Both the position numbers and the translations under genes were made by a program. The notes below the pieces were generated by a model. That model made no database searches, was not told where the DNA came from, and was given only the letters and a program-made list of their open reading frames with translations. From NCBI GenBank assembly GCA_963813155.1, contig CAWEYG010000001.1, forward strand, positions 96,001-160,000: a stretch of DNA of 64,000 nucleotides, read 5' to 3'. Every line of letters begins with the position of its first letter. The stretch's first letter is position 1. This DNA is from an uncultured Acidobacteriota bacterium (GTDB taxonomy: Bacteria > Acidobacteriota > Thermoanaerobaculia > UBA5066 > DATFVB01). Below are positions 43,227 through 51,986 of this stretch, piece by piece.

Positions 43227-45278
43227 TCAGTTCACGTCTTCCGGGGCTTCCTGGTTCTCGTCTTCCGGCTGAAACGCCCGGGCCGGACTCGGCTTTTCTT
43301 CCGGCTCGAGCTCGACGACCCATTTCTCGTAGGTCTCCCCCGGCAGCTCGGAGACGAACCTCGACGATTCCAGGAGAACGTCCATCGAATAGCGGTCGCG
43401 CGCCAGCATCGGGTACGTGAGCGCGAGCTCGTTTTTCGCGCGAGTGCAGGCGACGTAGAACAGCCGCCGTTCCTCCTCGAGCCCCTCGGCGGTCGCGGCC
43501 GCGCGGAAATTCGGGAACCGGCCGTCGGACAGGCCGATCACGGCGACCCGGCTCCATTCGAGGCCCTTCGCCTGGTGGATCGAGGAGAGGACGACTTTCT
43601 CGTCCTCCGGCAGTCCCGCGACCGTGTCCTCGCCCGAGAGCTCGTTGTAGAGGGAAACCTCGTCGAGGAACTTCGGGAGCGAGTCGTACCCGCCCGCGAA
43701 CTGGGCGAGCTGCTCCAGGTCGTCCAGCCGCGCGTCGCCGTTTGGAAATTTCGCCCGCGCGAAATCGCGGTAGACCTGCTCGACGATCAGGCGAATCGAT
43801 TCTGCCGGCGAATTGCGAACCGACGGCGTGTCCAGCTTCGCGAAGAGGGAGCGGCATGGCTCGAGCGCCGCTTCCACGCCGCGCCCGTTGATGGATCGCC
43901 CGCCGCGCTGGAAGGCTTCGAGCGGATGCGCCGTGCCGCCGATCGCTTCCCAGATCTGCGTCGCGGTCCGCTCGCCGATCCGGGGAAACACCTTCAAGGC
44001 CCGTTTCCAGGAGATCTCGTCTTTCGGGTTCGCGAGGACGCGGAGGAACGCGAGGACGTCCTTGACGTGGCGCTGCTCGAAGAACCGCATGCCCGAGCGG
44101 ATCTCGTACGGGATTCCCCGCCGCGTGAGCTCCAGCTGGAGCTCCATCGCCTGGTAGTGGGAGCGGTACAGCACCGCGCAGTCGGAAAGGCGGTCTCCTT
44201 CGTCCCGCCATTCCAGCAGGCGCTGAGCAACGAACCGGGCCTGGTCGAACGCGTCGGGCAGCGGGACGACGGCCGGGAGCACGCCGCTGTCCCGGACGGC
44301 CGAGAGCTCTTTCGGAAACTGCCTTTCGTTCTTCGCGATGGACGCGTTCGCGAGGCGGAGGATCTCGGGGGTCGAGCGGTAGTTCGTCGTCAGGCGAAAC
44401 ACCCGGGCCTCGGGATGGCGCTCCGGAAAGCCGATGATGTTGTCGAACGAAGCTCCCCGAAACGCGTAGATCGATTGCGCGTCGTCTCCGACGACCGAGA
44501 TGTTCCCGTGGCCCCTCGCCATTCCGTCGACGATCTCCCCCTGGAGCCGGTTCGTGTCCTGGTATTCGTCCACGAGGACGTGGGCAAACCGCTTCGAGAG
44601 GGCCTCGCCCGAGGGGGTCGAGAGCAGCACCTTCCAGTGCAGGAGAAGATCGTCGTAGTCGCACGCCCTCGCCGCCTTTTTGCGCTCGAGGTACCGCTGA
44701 AAAACCGAAACGATCTCCTCCTGGAGCGGAAGGAAGTGGGGGGCGCGCTCGGCGAGGACCTCCGACAGCTTGCGCTCCGTGTTGATCGTGAAGGAGTACA
44801 GGTCGAGGAGCACGTCCCCTTTCGGAAAGCGCTTTTCGAGCGTCGGGATCTTCAGGTCGGAGGTCGCCGTCTCCAGCATCTCTCGGGCGTCCTCCGCGTC
44901 GAGGATCGAGAAATTCGGAGGGAGCCCGATCTGCTCGCCGTACTGGCGCAGCAGCCGGTTTCCGACCGAATGGAACGTGCCGCCCGCCATCTTGCGCGTG
45001 TCGATCGTCAGCAGCGCTTCGACGCGGCGCATCATTTCCCGCGCGGCCTTGTTCGTAAATGTCAGGAGGAGGATTTTCGCCGGGTCGACTCCCGATTCGA
45101 TGAGCCTCGACACCCGGTACACGAGAGTCCGGGTCTTTCCCGATCCCGCCCCCGCGATCACGAGGACCGGGCCGTTTCCCGCGAAGACGACCTCCTTCTG
45201 CTCCGCGTTGAGCTCCCGGTCGTAATCGATCCGGTAGTTCACGGAGGGGACCGGAGTCCGAAGGACGTACTTCTTCAT
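43227..45278 (-). CDS. UvrD/PcrA family ATP-dependent DNA helicase
   Basis: AGAGSGKT, LTFTNKAA, GTFHS, VDEYQDTN, VGDDAQSIYAFRGA, NYRS, IHQAKGLEW, EERRLFYVACTRA. Confidence 0.95.
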   Translation of the reverse strand: MKKYVLRTPVPSVNYRIDYDRELNAEQKEVVFAGNGPVLVIAGAGSGKTRTLVYRVSRLIESGVDPAKILLLTFTNKAAREMMRRVEALLTIDTRKMAGGTFHSVGNRLLRQYGEQIGLPPNFSILDAEDAREMLETATSDLKIPTLEKRFPKGDVLLDLYSFTINTERKLSEVLAERAPHFLPLQEEIVSVFQRYLERKKAARACDYDDLLLHWKVLLSTPSGEALSKRFAHVLVDEYQDTNRLQGEIVDGMARGHGNISVVGDDAQSIYAFRGASFDNIIGFPERHPEARVFRLTTNYRSTPEILRLANASIAKNERQFPKELSAVRDSGVLPAVVPLPDAFDQARFVAQRLLEWRDEGDRLSDCAVLYRSHYQAMELQLELTRRGIPYEIRSGMRFFEQRHVKDVLAFLRVLANPKDEISWKRALKVFPRIGERTATQIWEAIGGTAHPLEAFQRGGRSINGRGVEAALEPCRSLFAKLDTPSVRNSPAESIRLIVEQVYRDFARAKFPNGDARLDDLEQLAQFAGGYDSLPKFLDEVSLYNELSGEDTVAGLPEDEKVVLSSIHQAKGLEWSRVAVIGLSDGRFPNFRAAATAEGLEEERRLFYVACTRAKNELALTYPMLARDRYSMDVLLESSRFVSELPGETYEKWVVELEPEEKPSPARAFQPEDENQEAPEDVN

Positions 45279-45371
45279 GCGACCGGCCATTATCGCAGAT
45301 GAGGTCGACGCCCCGATTCCGACAGGAACATCACCGGTCCGGCTATGCTCTATCCGTCGAAAGGAGATCTC

Positions 45372-46757
45372 GTGACGATCGGCCCCGACGCCTCACGCAA
45401 GCGCTGGATCCTCGCGGCGACGATCCTCGGCTCGACGATGGCGTTCCTGGACGGGACCGTCGTCAACGTCGCGCTCCCCGTCATTCAGCGAAAACTCCAC
45501 GCACCCCTGTCCCGCGTTCAGTGGGTCGTCGAGGCGTATCTGCTCTTCATTTCCGCGCTGCTGCTCCTGGGGGGCTCGCTCGGCGACCGGTTCGGGCGAA
45601 AGCGCGTCTTCGTCGCGGGCACCGCGATCTTCGCTTTTGCCTCCGCCGCCTGCGGCGCAGCGCCCTCGACCGGAGCGCTGATCGCTGCAAGGGCGATTCA
45701 GGGGATCGGCGGGGCGCTCCTCGTTCCAGGCAGCCTCGCGCTCATCACGGCAAACTTTCCCCCGGGAGAGCGCGGGCGCGCGATCGGGACCTGGTCGGGA
45801 GCGACGGCGCTCACGACCGCGCTCGGGCCGCTCGCGGGAGGATTTCTTGTCGACGCGGTCTCGTGGCGCGCGATTTTCTACCTGAACGTTCCCATCGCCG
45901 CCGGGGTGATCGGGATCACGCTCCTTCGCGTTCCCGAGAGCCGGGACCCGGATTGCAAGCCGCTCGACCTCGCGGGCGCGGCCCTCGCGGCCGGCTCGCT
46001 GGCGGGAATCACCTTCGGCCTGACCGAGGCGTCGCGCGGCCCGTTCGGCTCGCCGGCCGTGCTCGTTCCCCTTCTCGCCGGCCTTCTCCTGGGCGCCCTG
46101 TTCGTCGTCCATGAATCGAGGAGCCGCCATCCCATGCTCCCCCTTGCGCTTTTTCGGTCGCGAGCGTTCACCGCGACGAATGCCGTCACCCTCTTCCTCT
46201 ACGGATCGGTCGGCGCGATGTTCTTCTTCCTTCCCTTCGAGCTGATCCAGGCCCGTCGGTACACCCCCACTCAGGCCGGAGCAGCGCTGCTGCCGTTGAT
46301 CGCCGTGATCTCGACCCTGTCCCGCTGGACGGGAAAGCTCGGCGAGCGCGTCGGCCCCCGCCTGCCCCTGACTGCCGGACCGCTGCTCTCCGCCGCGGGC
46401 CTCCTTCTGTTTCTGATTCTCCCGCCGGGCTCCTACTGGACATCCGTGTTCCTGCCGATTCTCGTCGTCGGCTTCGGGATGGCGCTCGCCGTACCCCCGC
46501 TGACGACGACGGTCATGAGCTCCGAGAAGGAAAAATACGCGGGCATCGTGTCCGCCTTCAACAACACGGTCTCGAGGATCGGGAGCCTCTTCGCGATCGC
46601 GGGGCTCGCGATCGCGGTCGCCGCAACGAGCGGCGCGTTCGCCTCGCCCGTCTCGGCGGCATTCCGAATCGCGATGGGAGGCTCGGTCACGCTCGCGATC
46701 GCGGCGGCGGTCATCGCGGCACTGTTCCTGCGACCCACGGGCTCCATCAGCCGGTAA
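45372..46757 (+). CDS. MFS transporter, DHA2 family
   Basis: FLDGTVVNVALP, GSLGDRFGRKR, WRAIFYLNVP; GTG start after AAGGAG. Confidence 0.92.
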   Translation: MTIGPDASRKRWILAATILGSTMAFLDGTVVNVALPVIQRKLHAPLSRVQWVVEAYLLFISALLLLGGSLGDRFGRKRVFVAGTAIFAFASAACGAAPSTGALIAARAIQGIGGALLVPGSLALITANFPPGERGRAIGTWSGATALTTALGPLAGGFLVDAVSWRAIFYLNVPIAAGVIGITLLRVPESRDPDCKPLDLAGAALAAGSLAGITFGLTEASRGPFGSPAVLVPLLAGLLLGALFVVHESRSRHPMLPLALFRSRAFTATNAVTLFLYGSVGAMFFFLPFELIQARRYTPTQAGAALLPLIAVISTLSRWTGKLGERVGPRLPLTAGPLLSAAGLLLFLILPPGSYWTSVFLPILVVGFGMALAVPPLTTTVMSSEKEKYAGIVSAFNNTVSRIGSLFAIAGLAIAVAATSGAFASPVSAAFRIAMGGSVTLAIAAAVIAALFLRPTGSISR

Positions 46758-46760
46758 CCG

Positions 46761-46884
46761 CGCCCGAGCGGGTCCTGTCACGGGACTCGATCCACTTTTC
46801 CGCTCGCTGCGATTTTTGGACTTTGCTACGTCTCCGCGCCGCGAGCGGCAAAAGGGATCTCCTCCCGGGCCACCCGCTCGGGCG
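46761..46884 (-). repeat. Structured intergenic repeat, copy 3 of 3 (inverted)
   Basis: Reverse complement matches copies 1 and 2; perfect 13-bp outer stem CGCCCGAGCGGGT/ACCCGCTCGGGCG. Confidence 0.92.
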
Positions 46885-46918
46885 AACTCCACCGACTCAC
46901 GTTTGGTAGGATTGAGGC

Positions 46919-48166
46919 ATGATGGTCATTCGGAAACGCCACGAAACCGTCGGGGTGAAGGTTGGCCGCGTGCTGGTCGGCGGTGGCGCGCCAGTCGTCG
47001 TTCAGTCGATGACGAACACCGACACGGCCGACGCGCCCGGGACGGCGCGGCAGTGCGTGGAGCTCGCGCGCGCCGGCTCCGAGCTCGTTCGCGTCACCGT
47101 CAACGTCCCGGAAGCGGCGGCCGCCGTCCCCGAGATCCGGAAACGGATGCTCGACGCCGATTGCGACGCGCCCCTGATCGGGGACTTTCACTACAACGGC
47201 CACGTCCTCCTCGCGAAGTTTCCCGAAATGGCCCGGGCTCTCGACAAGTATCGGATCAATCCGGGCAACGTCGGCAAGGGTCAGAAACGCGACGAGCAGT
47301 TCGCGACGATCTGCCGCATCGCGGCCGAAAACGGGAAACCCGTCCGCATCGGCGTCAATGGCGGCTCCCTGAACCAGGAGCTCGTCATGGACAAGATGCA
47401 GGAGAACACCGACCGCGACCTCGGGCGGTCCTCCGAAGAGATCGTGAACGAATGCATGGTCCTTTCCGCGCTGCAGTCGACCGAGCTCGCAATCGCGAGC
47501 GGCCTGCGCGAAGACCAGATCATCATCTCCTGCAAGGTCTCGCGCCCTCTCGACCTGATCTCCGTGTATCGCGACCTCGCCTCGAGGACCCGGCAGCCTC
47601 TTCACCTCGGACTGACCGAAGCGGGAATGGGGATGAAGGGCATGATCTGGTCGGCCTCGGCAATGGGAGTTCTTCTCAACGAAGGGATTGGCGACACGAT
47701 CCGCGTCTCGCTCACGCCCCGCCCGGCGGGAGACCGCCGCGAGGAAGTGTATGCGGCCTGCGAGCTGCTGCAGGCGCTCGGCATCCGTTCGTTCGCGCCC
47801 AGCGTCACCGCGTGCCCGGGCTGCGGGCGCACGACGTCGACGACGTTCCAGGAGCTCGCGGAGCGGATCCAGGAATACATCCGCGAGAACATGCCGCGAT
47901 GGAAGACCGAGTTCGAGGGCGTCGAAAACATGACGCTCGCCGTGATGGGATGCGTCGTCAACGGCCCCGGCGAGTCGAAGGCCGCGTCGATCGGAATCAG
48001 TCTTCCCGGAACGGGCGAAGAGCCGCGCTGCCCCGTGTACATCGACGGCCAGCACTTCACGACTCTGCAGGGCACCTATGACGAGCTCGCGGAGGGATTC
48101 CGGAAGCTCGTCGACGACTACGTCGCGACGAAATATTCGCGCAAAGCCGTCACGGCGACGCGCTAG
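46919..48166 (+). CDS. ispG: (E)-4-hydroxy-3-methylbut-2-enyl-diphosphate synthase
   Basis: [62 protein letters not shown]. Confidence 0.97.
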   Translation: MMVIRKRHETVGVKVGRVLVGGGAPVVVQSMTNTDTADAPGTARQCVELARAGSELVRVTVNVPEAAAAVPEIRKRMLDADCDAPLIGDFHYNGHVLLAKFPEMARALDKYRINPGNVGKGQKRDEQFATICRIAAENGKPVRIGVNGGSLNQELVMDKMQENTDRDLGRSSEEIVNECMVLSALQSTELAIASGLREDQIIISCKVSRPLDLISVYRDLASRTRQPLHLGLTEAGMGMKGMIWSASAMGVLLNEGIGDTIRVSLTPRPAGDRREEVYAACELLQALGIRSFAPSVTACPGCGRTTSTTFQELAERIQEYIRENMPRWKTEFEGVENMTLAVMGCVVNGPGESKAASIGISLPGTGEEPRCPVYIDGQHFTTLQGTYDELAEGFRKLVDDYVATKYSRKAVTATR

Positions 48167-49241
48167 AAGCCAGCCGGTAGTACTGGCGAATCACGTTAAG
48201 CGCCGGCTTCCCCTGCGGAGTGAAGTCGCGTTCGGCCGACGCGTCCGGCCTTCCCGTCGCCGCGAGGCGCGGGTTCCACTTCCAGACGAACGTCCCCGCG
48301 AACCACGGCCTTCCCCAGATCGTTTCGAAAAACGCCCGATAGGCCTCGGACTGGAGCCGGAAGTCGGACGCGCCGTCGGTCTCCCACTTCCAGGGCTCCT
48401 TGACGCCTCCGGCAACGCTTCGATACCCGATCTCGGTGAACGCGACCGGACGGGCCGTCTTTCGCGAGAGCGGCTCGAGCTCCGCGGAGATCCTGTCCCA
48501 CGAGGCTCTCAACTCGGCCGGCGTCGGTCGCGCGGACGACGACAGGGGGTAATAGGCCTGAATGCCGATGAAGTCGAGCGCATCCCAGAACGGCACGCGG
48601 GCCGCTTCCTCCCAGTTGGCGCAGTACGTGAGCGGGCCGTGATAGACCGCCCGGATCTTCGCGATCAGCTTTCGCCAGTCCGCCGCCCGCGAGCTCGTGC
48701 CGCACAGCTCCGTGCCAACCGCGAGCGCATCCATTTTTTCGTGCTCGGCGAGCTCGGCGTAGTGAAGGATGAATTTTTCATAGGAATCGAACCAGACTTC
48801 CCAGTCCGCTTCGCTGGCCATCTTCAGATCACCCACCCAGTCGCGATGGCCCACCCAGAGATGGGGCTTGAGCAGTGTCTTGATCCCGATCGCGCGCCCG
48901 AGGCGGGCCGTCTCCGCCAGCCCTTCGTCGCTCTCGCCCCAGTAAACGCGCGAGCCGGTTGCGAGGATGACTTCCGGAGACCGAGTCGACCGGCACCATC
49001 CGAACGGTGTCTGCGAGATCCAGTCGACGCCGACTTCTTTCAGTGGCGCCAATTCCCGCGCGCCGATCTTTCCCACGGCCTCCCAGCAGACGCCGCGCAT
49101 TTTCTGGATTTGCCGCGGTTCGTTCCCGCGCACGGCCGCAAGACTGAGTAAGAACGGGAGCGCGATCGCCGCCCCTGAGCAAACCGTCCTCATCATCCGG
49201 CGGCGAGAAACGGCAGCGCCAACCCGGGTCTGCAGGCTCAC
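48150..49241 (-). CDS. Glycoside hydrolase family 113-like TIM-barrel protein
   Basis: [53 protein letters not shown]. The GTG overlaps the kinase TGA. Confidence 0.8.
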   Translation of the reverse strand: MSLQTRVGAAVSRRRMMRTVCSGAAIALPFLLSLAAVRGNEPRQIQKMRGVCWEAVGKIGARELAPLKEVGVDWISQTPFGWCRSTRSPEVILATGSRVYWGESDEGLAETARLGRAIGIKTLLKPHLWVGHRDWVGDLKMASEADWEVWFDSYEKFILHYAELAEHEKMDALAVGTELCGTSSRAADWRKLIAKIRAVYHGPLTYCANWEEAARVPFWDALDFIGIQAYYPLSSSARPTPAELRASWDRISAELEPLSRKTARPVAFTEIGYRSVAGGVKEPWKWETDGASDFRLQSEAYRAFFETIWGRPWFAGTFVWKWNPRLAATGRPDASAERDFTPQGKPALNVIRQYYRLASSASP

Positions 49242-51943
49242 GGCCGAATCTCGGAGGTCCAGTTCGACACGACCGAAAGAGGAACGGTCGTGCCCGAAAT
49301 CTCCTGAACGGCTGCCAGGAATCGCCCGTCGGATGCGACGTCAAAGGCCTCCCAGCCCTCCGCCGGAAGCGAGAAGAGAAAGGCTGGCTTTCCGACTTGC
49401 AACGCGGGAGAGACCCGGATCGGCACGGCGTAGAGCTTCCCGTCGGGCGACGCGTAGAAGATCTCCTTCCCGTCGCGATTCCAACGCAGAAGCGTCGCGC
49501 CTCCCGTCGAGATCCGGACTTTTTGCCGGTCGGAGGCCAGGGGTTCGACGTAGGCCTCCGACTGCCCCGACTCGTCGGAGATGAACGCCACGAAACGGTC
49601 ATCGGGGGACAATCGCGCAATTTCCTGTTGGGATTTCGACGTCACGAGGGGCGCCGGCGCCGGATCGCCGACAAGGGAAAGAGTCCACACGCCAAACGTT
49701 CCCCCCGCCGGCCGCTGAGAAAACAGGAGACGCCGTCCATCGCGACTGACGGCCATCGCTTGCTGAAAGCTGCCGGGAGGAAGGAGCGGGGCCTCCGGAC
49801 CGCCGGCGAGTTCCCTCCGAACGAGCTGGGGCGTCTGCCCGTGCCGAACGACGGAATAGACGAGGCTCATTCCGTCCGGAAGCCAGACGGGATCGAATTC
49901 GGTATCGGGCTCCGAGGTCACGCGGGTCTCCACTCCTCGCGCCAGATCGATCGTCCAGATGTCGAAGGTCCCCAGGTCCGGGCGCGTCCGATCGAAGAGG
50001 ACGCTGCGGCCGTCCGGAGAAATCGCGACATTGATCGTGTCGCCGGCTCCCTCCGATCCGATCTTCCCGAGGACTCGGCCGGAACGATCGAACCAGGTCA
50101 GGCGCGAGATGTTCCCCTGCCCCGAGTACGCCAGCATACCGTTGCGCGAGGTCGCAAAGCCGGCCCACTTGTTCGAGTAGAAATAACGGACCGCGGGCGC
50201 AAGCGAGAGCAGCGGCCCGCTCAACCGTCCGGAAGCGGGATCGAAGCGCTGGGCGACGAGACCACCGTCCCGGGCGAAAACCAGGAAACCGGGATCCACA
50301 TATTCGACTCGTGAAGAGAACGGGGCGACGACGCGGGGCGCCTGGCCGCTCGCGGCGAAAATCAAGTTGCTCTCTCCGTCCTTTCGTCCCGCCAGATACA
50401 GGAACGTCTTGCCGTCCGGGAGAAACCATGGCCAGCGCGCTTTCGTTTCTCCGCGGGCCGAATCCGGCCGAACGAGAACCGCCGGCCGCCCCCCGTCGGC
50501 GGAAACGCGATAGATCAGACCGTCGAACGTCGAGTCGAAGAGAATCTCGCCGGCGCCCCACGTCCCGGTGACTCCTCCCCCCAGCCCCCCCGGCAGATCG
50601 CAGATCGGAACGGCAGATCCGCCCGCAAGGTCGATCCGCTTCAACTGGCCGCCCGTGAAAAATCCGATCGACCGGCTGTCGGGCGACCAGAAGATCGACG
50701 AGACCCCCTCGGATCCGGCGAGGGGATGCGCCTCGAGCTCCGAGAGTGTTCGAATCCAGACACGTCGGGAGGGCCGGCTGTTTTCGGCGATCTGGCGCGG
50801 AGATCTGGCCTCGTTGACGACAAAGGCGAGGCGGCATCCATCCGGAGCGAATGCCTGGCTAACCAAATCGAACGTGGACAGAAACTTTCCCCCGGCCGGG
50901 GGAGCGGTCGCGAAACGGATGGTTGGCGGGAAGCTGGAAGACCGTCGATGCTCGATCAGCGCAACCGCCATCGCACCCGCAGCGCCGATCGCCAAGGCCG
51001 CAGCGGTCCACGGCAGGAGACTGCCCCGGTTCTTCCGGCTCGAGGGCCGGTTCGAGGGCTCTGTCGATCCGCCCGTCATTTCCGAAAGGTGCTCGCGCAC
51101 CAGCGCGAGCTCCCGGGAGAGATCCCGGGTCGAGGCGTAACGCCCCTCGGGGGCCTTTGAAAGGCAGCGGTCGAGGATCCAGCCGAGCTGCGGCGGTACC
51201 ACCGGGTTGATCGAGCGAACCGGCGCCGGCTCGTCCCGAAGCACCGCCGCCATCGTCTCCCCGGCCGTCGCGCGCCGGAAGGGCGGCCGGCCCGCCAGCA
51301 TCTCGTAGAGGATCGTGCCGAACGCGAACTGGTCGGACCGGAAGTCCACGCTCCTTCCGCCCGCCTGTTCGGGCGACATGTAGGCGACGGTCCCCATGAC
51401 GATTCCGTCGGAGGTCTTCAGCCCGTCGGAAGTCGGAAGCTGCGACATACCGGCGCTCCCGGTCTCCGCCAGCTTCGCGAGGCCAAAGTCGGCGATCTTT
51501 GCGTCGCCTGTTTTCGTGAGCAGGACGTTTTCGGGCTTCAAGTCCCGGTGAACGATTCCGCTCTCGTGCGCTTCCGCGAGGCCCGACGCGATCTGGACGG
51601 AGAGGTCGAGCGCGCGGCGAAGCGGCAGAGGTCCGCGGTCCAGAAGATCTCGGAGGTTGCCCCCCGCCACGATCTCGGTGACGATGTAGAAACTCTCGCC
51701 CGCGCGGCCGACGTCGAAAACCGACACGACGTGAGCGTGAGACAGCGCGGACGCCGACCGCGCTTCCCTCTCGAACCTCGCCACTCTCTCGGCATCGCCG
51801 GCGAAACCCTCCGGCAGCACCTTGATCGCGACCTCGCGTCCCAGCCGCGTGTCCCTCGCGCGGTACACCTCTCCCATTCCTCCGGCGCCGAGCGACGAGA
51901 GGATTTCGTACGGACCGAGACGGGAGGCGGCCGCGAGGCTCAG
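49238..51943 (-). CDS. Ser/Thr protein kinase with TM segment and PD40/TolB-like beta-propeller (probable CTG start)
   Basis: LGAGGMGEVY, VAIK, HRDLKPEN, DFGLAK, GTVAYMSPEQ, TM helix, repeated SPDG motifs. Confidence 0.93.
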   Translation of the reverse strand: MSLAAASRLGPYEILSSLGAGGMGEVYRARDTRLGREVAIKVLPEGFAGDAERVARFEREARSASALSHAHVVSVFDVGRAGESFYIVTEIVAGGNLRDLLDRGPLPLRRALDLSVQIASGLAEAHESGIVHRDLKPENVLLTKTGDAKIADFGLAKLAETGSAGMSQLPTSDGLKTSDGIVMGTVAYMSPEQAGGRSVDFRSDQFAFGTILYEMLAGRPPFRRATAGETMAAVLRDEPAPVRSINPVVPPQLGWILDRCLSKAPEGRYASTRDLSRELALVREHLSEMTGGSTEPSNRPSSRKNRGSLLPWTAAALAIGAAGAMAVALIEHRRSSSFPPTIRFATAPPAGGKFLSTFDLVSQAFAPDGCRLAFVVNEARSPRQIAENSRPSRRVWIRTLSELEAHPLAGSEGVSSIFWSPDSRSIGFFTGGQLKRIDLAGGSAVPICDLPGGLGGGVTGTWGAGEILFDSTFDGLIYRVSADGGRPAVLVRPDSARGETKARWPWFLPDGKTFLYLAGRKDGESNLIFAASGQAPRVVAPFSSRVEYVDPGFLVFARDGGLVAQRFDPASGRLSGPLLSLAPAVRYFYSNKWAGFATSRNGMLAYSGQGNISRLTWFDRSGRVLGKIGSEGAGDTINVAISPDGRSVLFDRTRPDLGTFDIWTIDLARGVETRVTSEPDTEFDPVWLPDGMSLVYSVVRHGQTPQLVRRELAGGPEAPLLPPGSFQQAMAVSRDGRRLLFSQRPAGGTFGVWTLSLVGDPAPAPLVTSKSQQEIARLSPDDRFVAFISDESGQSEAYVEPLASDRQKVRISTGGATLLRWNRDGKEIFYASPDGKLYAVPIRVSPALQVGKPAFLFSLPAEGWEAFDVASDGRFLAAVQEISGTTVPLSVVSNWTSEIRP

Positions 51944-51986
51944 ATGTTCACCGTTTGCCGGTGATTCTACCCTCCCGGGGGATAAC

